Below, piece by piece: positions 8,594 to 18,478 of a stretch of DNA of 64,000 nt. The stretch is from positions 186,001-250,000 of IMG/VR virus record IMGVR_UViG_3300032242_003291. One strand, 5' to 3'. Position 1 is the first letter of the stretch. Each line of letters starts with the position of its first letter. The translations under genes were made by a program, and so were the position numbers. The notes below the pieces were generated by a model. That model was not told the origin of the DNA. It saw nothing but the letters and a program-made list of their open reading frames with translations, and did not search any database.

Positions 8594-9691
8594 ATGAATT
8601 TAAGAGAAAAAATATCAAAACTTATAAAAGAAGCATTAGGTATACCTGAAAACATTTATGAAACATCTGTTGATGTATACAATGAAGTCTTGAAACAACT
8701 TGACCAACCTCCTCATATAAAACGTGATGATGACGAAGTCAAATTATATTTTATGATTGAAAAGGGTTTGAGAATTTCGGATTTCTTATTACCAAGAATT
8801 TTAATGGAATTTACAATTCATGTTGATGAAGATTACAATGAATTTGAATTAGTTAGTATGAATGTTCAAAGTGAGACGGAAAGACCAACTGAAGACAACC
8901 CATCAAAACTCAAAAAGACAGAAGTTGAAGATTTGATTATAAATTCGGTATTTGTTGGTCCTGAGACTTTTGTTCTTGAAAATTTCAAAAATTTTTTAGT
9001 TTCAATCAAAAGTGAATTTGTATCTAGTGTTTCTCACGAATTGAAACACGCATATGACCACACCAAAGGGGAGTACGAATCAGTAGAATATAGAGCGGGT
9101 TATAATGCAATAGCAGGTAAGAAATTTAACATCAATTGTGTTGACCTATTTTTTCATGACTTGTATTATGTAATGGCTAGTGAAAATTTAGTTAGACCAA
9201 CAGAAATTGCATCTGCAATCAGAGAAAATAAAATCAGTCAAAAAGACTTTTTGAAGTTTTTAACTAATAGTACAACATATCAAAATCTAAAAAGAATCTC
9301 ACAATTCACATTAGAAGGTTTCAAAGATTGTTTAAGAAAAGAAATGAAATCAGTGGATAAATTCTTTTACCACGTAGGTGGTGGTGAAGGATTGAGTGAA
9401 GAAGAAAAAGTTAGTAAGATTATAGAATTAGTTTACATCAATTTGGTCAATTGGAAAATAGATGCTTTTAGAGAAATATTAACCTCAGAATTTATCGAGG
9501 AAATTTTAGGGTTCAGAGGTCAAAAAAAGAAAACACTCGATAACTTTATCAAAAAAACTTTGAGATTTGAAAAAAACCCTGAAGACTTTTTTAGATATGA
9601 AGAAAAGAATTTTAGGGATGTGGGAAACAAAATGATTAGAAAGATATCCAAACTACACTCTATCACTCATCCAAAATCCGTCGATAGTTAA
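8594..9691 (+). CDS. HExxH zincin-like protein
   Basis: VSHELKHAYD and downstream RPTE; N-terminal LIKE; TATTTAT at 8582-8588. Confidence 0.6.
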   Translation: MNLREKISKLIKEALGIPENIYETSVDVYNEVLKQLDQPPHIKRDDDEVKLYFMIEKGLRISDFLLPRILMEFTIHVDEDYNEFELVSMNVQSETERPTEDNPSKLKKTEVEDLIINSVFVGPETFVLENFKNFLVSIKSEFVSSVSHELKHAYDHTKGEYESVEYRAGYNAIAGKKFNINCVDLFFHDLYYVMASENLVRPTEIASAIRENKISQKDFLKFLTNSTTYQNLKRISQFTLEGFKDCLRKEMKSVDKFFYHVGGGEGLSEEEKVSKIIELVYINLVNWKIDAFREILTSEFIEEILGFRGQKKKTLDNFIKKTLRFEKNPEDFFRYEEKNFRDVGNKMIRKISKLHSITHPKSVDS

Positions 9692-10117
9692 ACTTTTACT
9701 TCCACATTTATTCAAACAATCTAAATAGTGTTTAACTATTAAATAACTAAAACCATGTCGGTCCTTCAGTGACCAATAATGTTTTGTGTCATTTATAATT
9801 CCTTCGATATAATATTCATAGTTTGTATTTCTACGCTGAATATTTTTTATCATAAGATAAGGATGTTTTCCAATCCAAGATTTCAAATAAATTTGATACT
9901 CATAATATTTTAATGTGAATACGTTAAAAAATTGATTAAAATATTTTTGATTATACCAAATATCTCCAGTACAAATTATTTCAAAATACCATTCTTTAGT
10001 ATCCAAATCAAGTAACCAAATAGAACGACCAACAGGATAGAATATCTTTCCACCTAATTCATCTGACAATCTTTGGAATATAATTTTTTTTAATCTTTCG
10101 TTTGCAGAGTCCACCAT
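9653..10117 (-). CDS. hypothetical protein (WF paralog family)
   Basis: FNVF...YLKSWIGKH motif. Confidence 0.7.
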   Translation of the reverse strand: MVDSANERLKKIIFQRLSDELGGKIFYPVGRSIWLLDLDTKEWYFEIICTGDIWYNQKYFNQFFNVFTLKYYEYQIYLKSWIGKHPYLMIKNIQRRNTNYEYYIEGIINDTKHYWSLKDRHGFSYLIVKHYLDCLNKCGSKSLTIDGFWMSDRV

Positions 10118-10139
10118 TTTAGAAATATAGTAAATTTCC

Positions 10140-10466
10140 TTAGTGTTTCCAAGTTGTAATTATATTACCATCGGGTCCCCACACAATAAAATTCATAATC
10201 GGCTTATTAATGTCAAAATACGGGAAGTACTGTTTGATATGATATTCAACCAAATAGTGTGGGTCAAAATCCTTATCATACATGTTTTCTTTGGTTATGG
10301 TCGGGTCATTTACAAATATATCAACTTCCAATCCTCCCCACCCTCTTGGGTTATATAAATCTGAATTATAACGAATATCGATATGGTCAACCATAGGATA
10401 AATATTTTTGATTGTACCTGAGTTGGCTAATTTCTCTAATCCTTTTACTTGAAAATCTTTAATCAT
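10140..10466 (-). CDS. hypothetical protein
   Basis: 108 aa in a tightly packed operon. Confidence 0.75.
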   Translation of the reverse strand: MIKDFQVKGLEKLANSGTIKNIYPMVDHIDIRYNSDLYNPRGWGGLEVDIFVNDPTITKENMYDKDFDPHYLVEYHIKQYFPYFDINKPIMNFIVWGPDGNIITTWKH

Positions 10467-10467
10467 G

Positions 10468-10842
10468 TTATTCTATGGTTTTCACAGGTAATTTGAAATT
10501 ATCAGTAAACCATTTCTTGAATGGTTCGTGCCATTTATCACCAAAATATCCATCTAATTTAATGTCGTATGGATGCTCAAGTTGTACTATTGGACAAAGT
10601 TCTTTAGCTTTACTTCCATCATCAAAATATTCACAACCATACCACATAAAACATCCATCTTCATCTCCATTATAATCTCCAATATAAAATAAAATTCTAC
10701 TTTCGTCATCACCTTCTTCACCTGTTTCATCATCTATTATGTCATAGGGATTGGTCCAATTAATATCATCAACATCAAATATATCATCGAGATATGTCAT
10801 GATTACACTTTCTAATTTGGACTCTGTGATTACGTATCTCAT
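10468..10842 (-). CDS. leader-bearing WF-family protein
   Basis: MRYVITESKL; LDGYFG...FKKWFTDNFKLPVK. Confidence 0.8.
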   Translation of the reverse strand: MRYVITESKLESVIMTYLDDIFDVDDINWTNPYDIIDDETGEEGDDESRILFYIGDYNGDEDGCFMWYGCEYFDDGSKAKELCPIVQLEHPYDIKLDGYFGDKWHEPFKKWFTDNFKLPVKTIE

Positions 10843-11441
10843 TATTTATTTTGACTTTTAATCTTTTCTAATGCTTTATTAACTTTCATCCACTGTTTTT
10901 CTCTTTCGGCTCTTTCAAGGTCTTTCTTTTCTTCTCTTTTTCTCCAATTGGCAAAACTATCAGGATTCATTTTTTCTCTTGCTATACGAATCAAATCATC
11001 CTTATTTTGTAATTTTGTTTCAATATCGGCAGTTCTTTTCTTAAACCCTTGTAAATCAAAATCAGGTTCTAATTTATCTTGACGTGTTGCGTGGTGGGGT
11101 TTTCTAACTTTTGCAGGTAAATCTCTTTCTTCACCATGTAATTTTTTGAATTTAATTCCGTACTTAGCAACTCCACTCTTTCCACCAAATTTATCAAAAA
11201 TCCATTTTGTAACATCTTCTCTTAAATCCTTGTCGGAACTAAAAAACAAATTGTCCTTTAATTCATTGAACGCATCCAAAGAAACAATACCACTTGTAGG
11301 TCCTAATTGAGCCATAAGTTTACCATTAACATAAATGTTTCTATGGTCTCCCTCATGTTTAATCTCATAACCATTAAACATATCTTCTAACATAGAAGAC
11401 ATCAATTCGTTGGCTTGTTGTTCTGTTATTATAATTTTCAT
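10842..11441 (-). CDS. leader-bearing WF-family protein with charged tail
   Basis: MKIIITEQQ; VTKWIFDKFG. Confidence 0.8.
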   Translation of the reverse strand: MKIIITEQQANELMSSMLEDMFNGYEIKHEGDHRNIYVNGKLMAQLGPTSGIVSLDAFNELKDNLFFSSDKDLREDVTKWIFDKFGGKSGVAKYGIKFKKLHGEERDLPAKVRKPHHATRQDKLEPDFDLQGFKKRTADIETKLQNKDDLIRIAREKMNPDSFANWRKREEKKDLERAEREKQWMKVNKALEKIKSQNK

Positions 11442-11442
11442 A

Positions 11443-12036
11443 TTAAATCCCCCCTCTTTTTTTTCTGTTTTGACTATCTACAACATCTAAGTAAAGCTCG
11501 TCAAGGTCTGCTCCGCTTGATTTAATTCTATTTATAACCTCTTCTTTTGTATAAAGTGTATGTTTAACAATATATTCAATCATTTCTTCATCTGTAATTC
11601 CTTCAGGTTTAACAGGTTTATCAAGACAATCTTCTTCTCTTGCCAATACATCTATTTCATCCAAACCTAATCCTGATTCACCAGTAATTGCTTCAAATTT
11701 TGGTATCATTGTTTCATCATACCATTCTTCAATCACATGTAAAACATAGGAACGTCTAATACTTAATAACTTGGAAAGTTTATCAATAATTTTATGAGAT
11801 ATTGCTAAATACCCTTTTTCAAATCCATTATCCCCATAATAATAAATCGATTTAAGAGTTTCTTTACCATCAACACACCAAGTTTCACTTGAACTTACTC
11901 TATGACGAGTTTTGGCGGTTACTTTTCTTTTACCCTCACTGATATATTCATTCATATATTTGATGATGGCATTTGTAATACCTTGGCTACTTTTATTAAG
12001 TCTATTGTACTGACTTTCTGTTATGATAATTCTCAT
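11443..12036 (-). CDS. leader-bearing WF-family protein
   Basis: MRIIITESQY; VIEEWYDETM; TATTTAT at 12041-12047. Confidence 0.8.
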   Translation of the reverse strand: MRIIITESQYNRLNKSSQGITNAIIKYMNEYISEGKRKVTAKTRHRVSSSETWCVDGKETLKSIYYYGDNGFEKGYLAISHKIIDKLSKLLSIRRSYVLHVIEEWYDETMIPKFEAITGESGLGLDEIDVLAREEDCLDKPVKPEGITDEEMIEYIVKHTLYTKEEVINRIKSSGADLDELYLDVVDSQNRKKRGGI

Positions 12037-12054
12037 TATTATAAATACATCGTT

Positions 12055-12312
12055 TTATTCTTCCCAACTGATACCCAACCAATAATGTTTGTTGTGCTTT
12101 AATCCTGTATATTTTTCGATTTCTTGCGCAAGTACAGCACTTGAAAAGGTGATTTTAGGTTGTTTTCCTTCGTATATTATTTCAAATGAGGGATAGAGTC
12201 CGTCGTATGTGGAAATGGTCTCATTTTTGATTATTTTGACCTTAAAACCATAATGTATGTGTGATTGCTCAAGATATCTTGAAATTATCTTTTCAACTTG
12301 AGGTATTTCCAT
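12055..12312 (-). CDS. hypothetical protein (Y-x-G family)
   Basis: LAQEIEKYTGL. Confidence 0.7.
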   Translation of the reverse strand: MEIPQVEKIISRYLEQSHIHYGFKVKIIKNETISTYDGLYPSFEIIYEGKQPKITFSSAVLAQEIEKYTGLKHNKHYWLGISWEE

Positions 12313-12313
12313 A

Positions 12314-13033
12314 TTATACCATATTTGAACCTTTGGATACTCCTAACGAAGCATATACAGGTTCTGCAATTGATTTTGCTTGATTAGCTATTTGTTTAAC
12401 TACATTTTCGTAACCGCTACCAGCATATCTTTGATTGTTTGAATTTGTAAAGTTATTCAATAAATCAGATGCTGTTTTACCAACCAAATAATTTTTGGCA
12501 ATTAAATCAAAATAAGTTTGAATACCGTCCTCAACTGAGGAATGATATACATTCTTTCCTGTATCCACGTTCCCAACATTAAATGGATTTTTGGTTCTAA
12601 TTGGTCTTGCATTTGGATTACTTGCAAATCCACCTTCAGTTGCAAGTTGAGCCAAAGCTAATTCAACAGGAACATATTTGTTAAATTTATTGTAAGTATT
12701 TTTTGCTGCACTTGCTAACATATCACCTGTAATCCCTAATAAGTTTGATGACCTTTTAGAAATGAAATTGTCTGCAATTGTTTTATATGCATCATATCCT
12801 TGGCTTGTATTCAAATCTAATGGTGTAAATGTCCCTGAGGTAGACAATCCAGCAGCACTTGATGTTGATGGCGTAGAGTTATCTTGTTTTTTATCAAGTC
12901 CTTTTAAGAATGATGACAAATAACTTGTAAAATCGTTAGGATTTTTATTTTGACCAAGTCCACCTAACATTTGACTGGCAAATAAGTTGGCTAATTCTTG
13001 TTCAGTTAATATTACTTTGAATTTTTTACCCAT
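12314..13033 (-). CDS. leader-bearing glucosaminidase/lysozyme-like cell-wall hydrolase
   Basis: MGKKFKVILTEQEL; ALAQLATEGGF...KNPFNVG...YFDLIAKNY...RYA; start re-assigned to 13033 (TATTTAT at 13038-13044). Confidence 0.75.
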   Translation of the reverse strand: MGKKFKVILTEQELANLFASQMLGGLGQNKNPNDFTSYLSSFLKGLDKKQDNSTPSTSSAAGLSTSGTFTPLDLNTSQGYDAYKTIADNFISKRSSNLLGITGDMLASAAKNTYNKFNKYVPVELALAQLATEGGFASNPNARPIRTKNPFNVGNVDTGKNVYHSSVEDGIQTYFDLIAKNYLVGKTASDLLNNFTNSNNQRYAGSGYENVVKQIANQAKSIAEPVYASLGVSKGSNMV

Positions 13034-13048
13034 ACCAATAAATACAAC

Positions 13049-13075
13049 AAAACCCCTCATTTTGTGAGGGGTTTT
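13049..13075. terminator. intrinsic terminator (bidirectional-looking)
   Basis: aaaacccctca-tttt-gtgaggggtttt. Confidence 0.75.
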
Positions 13076-13080
13076 ATAAA

Positions 13081-13566
13081 TTATTCTGAGCCACCTAATT
13101 CATGTGCAAAAAAATCACTATGGTCATGGTCATCATCAATGATACTAACTGATGTCATTTTATCGCCAGGGACAATCTTATTGATTACATCGAGTCCTTC
13201 TGTAACAATTCCAAAACAAGTATGATTACCATCCAAATGTTGAGTGTTTTGTCTATTGATACAAACAAAAAACTGAGAACCTCCTGTGTCTCTACCTGCG
13301 TGAGCCATAGATAATACTCCTTTGTCGTGAAATTGTCTTTCACCATATACTTCGCATGGAATAGTATAACCTGGTCCACCTCTACCGTCACCGTTAGGAC
13401 ATCCTCCTTGGATTACAAAATTTGGAATAACTCTATGAAAACTTAATCCATCATAGAATTTTTCGTTAATTAGTTTGATGAAATTTTGAACTGTTTTCGG
13501 TGTTTCATTGTCATATAGTTCGGCAATCATATCACCCTTTTCTGTAGAAATTTTAACTTTAGTCAT
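13081..13566 (-). CDS. cyclophilin-type peptidyl-prolyl cis-trans isomerase
   Basis: FYDGLSFHRVIPNFVIQGG, LSMAHAGRDTGGSQFF, HLDGNHTCFG. Confidence 0.95.
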   Translation of the reverse strand: MTKVKISTEKGDMIAELYDNETPKTVQNFIKLINEKFYDGLSFHRVIPNFVIQGGCPNGDGRGGPGYTIPCEVYGERQFHDKGVLSMAHAGRDTGGSQFFVCINRQNTQHLDGNHTCFGIVTEGLDVINKIVPGDKMTSVSIIDDDHDHSDFFAHELGGSE

Positions 13567-13593
13567 ATTATACTTTTTTAGAAATATAATAAA

Positions 13594-14160
13594 CTAATAT
13601 CTACCAGTCAAATAAACCCACATAGTTTCTGGAATTCTTGTACAAGTGGTTTTGTGACCCTTATCATTTTCACAAGGGATGTTTGGTAGGGTCTTAATCA
13701 TGGCTCTCAATTCCTTAGGGGCCCCTTTTAATAATTTTAATACGTCGTTTTTGGGATAAACGTTTTCTCTATTATATTGCTCTTTGATAATATGTTCTTG
13801 TAGTTCATTATCTTCTTCATCACCATCGAAACTATATCCTGAAAAATCTAAAGAATCAATTTCCGCAATTTTCTTCAGTCCTTTAGCAACGAAGGCTTTC
13901 CTGAATGCATCTTTAGTTTGTTCATTATCAAGACCAAATAAATCTCTGATACTTCTGAATAACGAATGACCAATTAAAATATGATAACCCTCACCCTTTA
14001 CCCAATCAGCCTCAATACCATTATCGGCATCATGAGTTCCCTTTGGAAAAAAAGAAAATTCTTTATACTTCTTAAAACGAAAATCAAGATTATTCAACTT
14101 GTCTAATGCAAATTGAAAGGCTAAATTCTCTAATTGTTGTTCTTGTAATATTATTTTCAT
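13594..14160 (-). CDS. leader-bearing WF-family protein with extra C-terminal module
   Basis: MKIILQEQQL; IRDLFGLDN; internal LQE and IKE before the second module. Confidence 0.75.
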   Translation of the reverse strand: MKIILQEQQLENLAFQFALDKLNNLDFRFKKYKEFSFFPKGTHDADNGIEADWVKGEGYHILIGHSLFRSIRDLFGLDNEQTKDAFRKAFVAKGLKKIAEIDSLDFSGYSFDGDEEDNELQEHIIKEQYNRENVYPKNDVLKLLKGAPKELRAMIKTLPNIPCENDKGHKTTCTRIPETMWVYLTGRY

Positions 14161-14161
14161 A

Positions 14162-14770
14162 TTAAAATCCGTTTTCCTCCGAACATGTGATTCTATAAAT
14201 ATCAAAAAGATATTCACCAAACCAATCTTTACACATTTCAACTAAACTATCATGAATATCATCATAATCTTCACTCTCAAACAAATCCTCATCAATAGTT
14301 AAAAAATTACTAACCGCATACTCTATAACATTATCGGCATAATCAAACTCATCACCAAAATCATCACATAATGTGGGATAATTAATCTCACCGTCTGTAA
14401 TAAATTTCCTCATATTTTCTTTGTTTGCTCTTCTTCTGAACCAAAGAGGTGCGTCGGATTCATCGAGAAACTTGTGTTTTGTTTTTTCAATTTGTCTCTT
14501 AATGCTGTATTCTATTCGTTTTTCTTGTTCTTCTTTATTTAATTGAATAAAATCTTCATCTCTCATCACATAAGCCATTTTTCTTTGTTCATCGTATTCG
14601 TAATTAACATAAATAAACTCTTCCTTACGATTCACAACACTATACTTAACAAGACGTCCATTAAAATTAAAGATTCCACCTTTAACATTACGTTCAGGGT
14701 CTTTGGCATGTCTTTTACGAGACGCATTTAACAATCTTTCGTATTGGTCTTCAGTTAAGATATATTTCAT
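14162..14770 (-). CDS. leader-bearing two-module protein
   Basis: MKYILTEDQY; LDE then WFRRR module; TATTTAT at 14776-14782. Confidence 0.8.
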   Translation of the reverse strand: MKYILTEDQYERLLNASRKRHAKDPERNVKGGIFNFNGRLVKYSVVNRKEEFIYVNYEYDEQRKMAYVMRDEDFIQLNKEEQEKRIEYSIKRQIEKTKHKFLDESDAPLWFRRRANKENMRKFITDGEINYPTLCDDFGDEFDYADNVIEYAVSNFLTIDEDLFESEDYDDIHDSLVEMCKDWFGEYLFDIYRITCSEENGF

Positions 14771-14785
14771 TAAAGATAAATACCT

Positions 14786-15103
14786 TTATTTAACAAAGAC
14801 GGCTGGTCTTCTAAATTCTTTAATTCCAACTTTTGTGTTTAGAAAATTTTCAAAGTAATTTCGTATGTACATACTGATTCGTTCAGTAAAACGTTCTCTA
14901 GTATGTAAATTAGCTGAAAGTATATCATTTTCTGCTTCAGGCGTTATATCAAATTCTACCACAATATAAAGGGTATCTGACCATTCACTATAATTTATAG
15001 GTTCAATTTTTAGGTGCGTCATCCAACTTGCTTTGAGCATCGGAACAAAATGTTCCATAGCCCTTTCAAATGAATTGTGTGACCAATTTCTACTACTTGA
15101 CAT
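14786..15103 (-). CDS. hypothetical protein (Y-x-G family, divergent)
   Basis: 105 aa, coupled to the upstream gene. Confidence 0.7.
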   Translation of the reverse strand: MSSSRNWSHNSFERAMEHFVPMLKASWMTHLKIEPINYSEWSDTLYIVVEFDITPEAENDILSANLHTRERFTERISMYIRNYFENFLNTKVGIKEFRRPAVFVK

Positions 15104-15803
15104 ATTCTAATATTGTTTCGGAATAAGAAGGTGAAAAAATAATTAATGGTGTATCCCTATGGTTATTTTCGAACATACAAGTAATTAAGGGCATCATATC
15201 CTCATAAAGTTTTTCTCTAACTTTTCTTTCAATGTTAGGACTCATTAATTCAGAATGATGTGTTGGTGAAACCGTTATGTGAATCTCCAAAGGTCCATAT
15301 ATAATCGACGAACCGTACAAATTACTACCACTAGTACCACCGCTACCCAAGTGAGGTTTAATTCTTACTTCAGTGATATCCAATATCCAAACATACTTTT
15401 TCATTAAAAAATGTTTGAGTGGTAGGTGGTCCAAAACCAAAGGGTCTTTTGGTGCAGTAAGGGTTGATGTGACATCAGTTATAGTTGTACCACACCATCT
15501 ATCATAATGGTATTCAGATAATGATGACGTACCTGTTGGTACATTTCTTGTTTTTTCTTTTTTAATCTTGTATACAATCTCAGCAACCATTGGTGGCGCT
15601 GGCAGCTCCTTAGGTGTTTGAGGTATTGGTGGTGGAGGTGGTTCGGGAATATAAAAACCCCCTCCATTAATTCTTCGGGTAATATCCTCAATTCTTTCAC
15701 CATCATTATCAATATACCCATGATTTCTAGCCATATCAGGATACCCGTTAGGTAATAATGGTGGTCTACCAGTCAATCTACTTAAAAAATTTAATAAATT
15801 CAT
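15093..15803 (-). CDS. Pro-rich hypothetical early protein
   Basis: -7 element TACTTTTG at 15810-15817; PEPPPPPIP tract; start re-assigned to 15803. Confidence 0.75.
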   Translation of the reverse strand: MNLLNFLSRLTGRPPLLPNGYPDMARNHGYIDNDGERIEDITRRINGGGFYIPEPPPPPIPQTPKELPAPPMVAEIVYKIKKEKTRNVPTGTSSLSEYHYDRWCGTTITDVTSTLTAPKDPLVLDHLPLKHFLMKKYVWILDITEVRIKPHLGSGGTSGSNLYGSSIIYGPLEIHITVSPTHHSELMSPNIERKVREKLYEDMMPLITCMFENNHRDTPLIIFSPSYSETILEYVK

Positions 15804-15834
15804 ACTACGCAAAAGTAGTAAAAGTTTTGGAAAT

Positions 15835-15861
15835 AAAAAACCCCACCTTGAGAGTGGGGTT
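15835..15861 (-). terminator. intrinsic terminator
   Basis: aaaaaaccccac-loop-gtggggtt. Confidence 0.75.
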
Positions 15862-15865
15862 GATT

Positions 15866-16732
15866 TTATGATTCTACTCTTAAATAATTAAGATTATAAC
15901 CCATTCCTTTTAATAACTCTTTAATATTTTCTTTTAATGGTCTTCTAGCACTATAAGAATCATCTTTATATGAAAATTCTATAAATCCACCTAAATTTTG
16001 AGTTCCAGGAGTAAATTTAATTGCATGTATTACTCTTTTAGCATCAGGAAGCTCTTTTATTTTTTTCTTAATTACTTTATTCAAATCATTTTTGACCCAT
16101 TCATCAAGTCCAATATATTCTACACTATGAAAACTAAAAATAAGTTGTCCATGAGTTGGGTTTCCAAGTTCAACCCCTAAAAAACCTTTTATTTTGTCAG
16201 TTAAGTCTTTGGAAATTTCATTCATCTTGTATTTTCTATTATCTTCGGATTTGATAAATCTTTCCCAATCAACTTCTAGTTTAGCATAAACTTTGAATGG
16301 TGAATCTTCGGTGATAACAATTTTCATAAATTCAGGTAAATCCAATTGTTCAATAAAAAACTCTAATGGTTTTTTATATCTCTCTGTAAATTTTTCTTGT
16401 GAACGAAGTGATGGTAATTTGTGTTTTCCTAATTCCACCAGTTTTCTTCCTATATTCGATGCATTTGTTAGACTATTTCTCCATGTAACCATAACGTCTT
16501 CAGCTCTCATTCCATTATCATTACAAAAATCTGAAATATATTTTTTTACTAAATAAGATAATGGGTATTCTCCTATTTCATCACCATGATTCTTTTTAAC
16601 CCATGGTCTAAAATAATGTAAGAATACCTCAACAAAATCTTCATCATCATAAATTTCATCATTGAAAGATTCAACAATCCGATTGATAACTTTGATAAGT
16701 TCAGATTCCGTAAGGGTTAATGTTTTTTTCAT
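15866..16732 (-). CDS. leader-bearing hypothetical protein
   Basis: MKKTLTLTESELIKVINRIVES; TATTTAT at 16738-16744. Confidence 0.8.
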   Translation of the reverse strand: MKKTLTLTESELIKVINRIVESFNDEIYDDEDFVEVFLHYFRPWVKKNHGDEIGEYPLSYLVKKYISDFCNDNGMRAEDVMVTWRNSLTNASNIGRKLVELGKHKLPSLRSQEKFTERYKKPLEFFIEQLDLPEFMKIVITEDSPFKVYAKLEVDWERFIKSEDNRKYKMNEISKDLTDKIKGFLGVELGNPTHGQLIFSFHSVEYIGLDEWVKNDLNKVIKKKIKELPDAKRVIHAIKFTPGTQNLGGFIEFSYKDDSYSARRPLKENIKELLKGMGYNLNYLRVES

Positions 16733-16784
16733 CTTATATAAATACCTTTTAAATTAAAAATCCCTCGTAGTGAGGGATTTGTGG

Positions 16785-16895
16785 TTAGGATTTTAATTTC
16801 TTTAATACTTCGTGATTCTTTTTAATCAATTCGGCAGTTTTAACACCTGATTTTTGGCTTCTCATTGCCCTTGGTTTTTTAGCTCTTGTTCCCAT
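16785..16895 (-). CDS. small basic protein (36 aa)
   Basis: Not in ORF track; MGTRAKKPRAMRSQKSGVKTAELIKKNHEVLKKLKS; TATTTAT at 16909-16915, terminator at 16756-16780. Confidence 0.7.
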   Translation of the reverse strand: MGTRAKKPRAMRSQKSGVKTAELIKKNHEVLKKLKS

Positions 16896-16915
16896 ATTAT
16901 TTTAATTGATAAATA

Positions 16916-17299
16916 TTACCAACTTTGACGTTCTACGTGTTTCACAGGTAATCCCGTATGTTTTGTAAACCATCTTTTGAATAATTCTTGCCATCTTGGA
17001 CCAAAGTATCCATCAAGGGCATCATATTTTTTACTATCAATTGTAATCATAGGACATTTATGTTCAGGTAGGGGGTCCTCATTTGGGTTGTCACATAATG
17101 TATAAAACATATGTGGTTCATCACCATTACCTTCAAAATCTGGGTCAAAGAAAAAAAACATCTCATAGCTTGTATCCATTTCATCATGATAACTTTTTTT
17201 ATCTTCCCATCCTCCTCCTGGTACAAGATGACCATCAAAATATTTCAAGATTGTATCTATCAATTTATTATTTTGTTGCTCTGTTATAATGTATTTCAT
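16916..17299 (-). CDS. leader-bearing WF-family protein
   Basis: MKYIITEQQ; LDGYFG...FKRWFTKHTGLPVK; close paralog of 10468..10842. Confidence 0.8.
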   Translation of the reverse strand: MKYIITEQQNNKLIDTILKYFDGHLVPGGGWEDKKSYHDEMDTSYEMFFFFDPDFEGNGDEPHMFYTLCDNPNEDPLPEHKCPMITIDSKKYDALDGYFGPRWQELFKRWFTKHTGLPVKHVERQSW

Positions 17300-17605
17300 T
17301 TAATTATTCCAATTACTGTCACCCAACACACGAGTATTGGTTTTATCGAATACAACATTTATCCCTGTATAATCTTTAATTTTGGACCTCAATTTCATTT
17401 TAACTTGATGACTAAAGGCGGCTCTATTAATGTCATCCATACTACTCCACCACTCTTCAGGGACATAAAACACGGCATGTAATGTAAATTCACCTGGTGC
17501 CGTGTGACGTACGTCAAAGGCAACATGTTTTATTGGGTCAGGTAATATGTTTGGTAATAACTTTTCTAACGTTGATTCTACTTTGTCTTGGTCCATATTA
17601 TTCAA
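17300..17605 (-). CDS. hypothetical protein (Y-x-G family)
   Basis: LRSKIKDYTGINVVF. Confidence 0.7.
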   Translation of the reverse strand: MNNMDQDKVESTLEKLLPNILPDPIKHVAFDVRHTAPGEFTLHAVFYVPEEWWSSMDDINRAAFSHQVKMKLRSKIKDYTGINVVFDKTNTRVLGDSNWNN

Positions 17606-17912
17606 TTATTTGAAATGCAGAAATTACCATATCATCGGGGTAATGTTTATCAAACCACTTTTCCAATAGTTTTTCCGTTTCTCTTTTATCTAAACCAAAT
17701 AAGTTCATCATATGATGAAACAAATGTTCCTCAACACCCAAATGATAATCCATATAACGAAACATTGTTTTCATATCTTTATCAACAATCTCAAAATCTC
17801 CTTCTGTAGCATTGATGTGGTCTAAATCAACTTTTTTAAGTTCTCCGACAGTATCTTTAAGATATTTGTCAACGAAATCCACCAATCTATTTTCTGTTAT
17901 TAGATACTTCAT
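17598..17912 (-). CDS. leader-bearing WF-family protein
   Basis: MKYLITENRL; MNLFG...LEKWFDKHY; start re-assigned. Confidence 0.8.
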   Translation of the reverse strand: MKYLITENRLVDFVDKYLKDTVGELKKVDLDHINATEGDFEIVDKDMKTMFRYMDYHLGVEEHLFHHMMNLFGLDKRETEKLLEKWFDKHYPDDMVISAFQIIE

Positions 17913-17916
17913 TTTA

Positions 17917-18180
17917 TTATACTGCTGGGTCTTTATCGATAAATACAATAAAAATATCAATTCCCATATAGTTCATTATGTCACTTTTAATCTTCTCACG
18001 TATTTTAGTTTCATATTCTGACCTCAAATAATTTTCGGTTAATATAACAATAGTTAATTCTCCATGAGCTTCACCTAATATTAGTCTTGAAACTTTTGAT
18101 ATATTCTGACCTTTAATCACATCTATTATGTATGGTTCAAGTTTTTTATATTTTGATAAATCAGATTTTATTTTCATCAA
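17917..18180 (-). CDS. hypothetical protein (Y-x-G family)
   Basis: IKSDIMNYMGIDIFIVF. Confidence 0.7.
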   Translation of the reverse strand: MMKIKSDLSKYKKLEPYIIDVIKGQNISKVSRLILGEAHGELTIVILTENYLRSEYETKIREKIKSDIMNYMGIDIFIVFIDKDPAV

Positions 18181-18476
18181 TCTACTTTTTTCACTTCAAC
18201 ACCAAATTTATATTCAAAAAACTTTCCAACAAATACACTTGTCTCAATATAGCTTTTACCAAATAAATCCATTAAAGTTTTTCTAAACTCTTTTAGAAAC
18301 CACAATCTACCATCCTCACCGTCATATTCCATTTCAACTTCATTGTTCGCTTCTCCGTTACGATTTTCAAGGACAATAAATCTATCGAATTCAATAATTT
18401 CCTTAGCGTCAATCCACGAATTTATATAATCCGCCATTAACATATCTATCTTACTTTCTTTAATAATATATTTCAT
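18177..18476 (-). CDS. leader-bearing WF-family protein
   Basis: MKYIIKESKI; MDLFG...FFEYKFGVEVK. Confidence 0.8.
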   Translation of the reverse strand: MKYIIKESKIDMLMADYINSWIDAKEIIEFDRFIVLENRNGEANNEVEMEYDGEDGRLWFLKEFRKTLMDLFGKSYIETSVFVGKFFEYKFGVEVKKVD

Positions 18477-18478
18477 AG

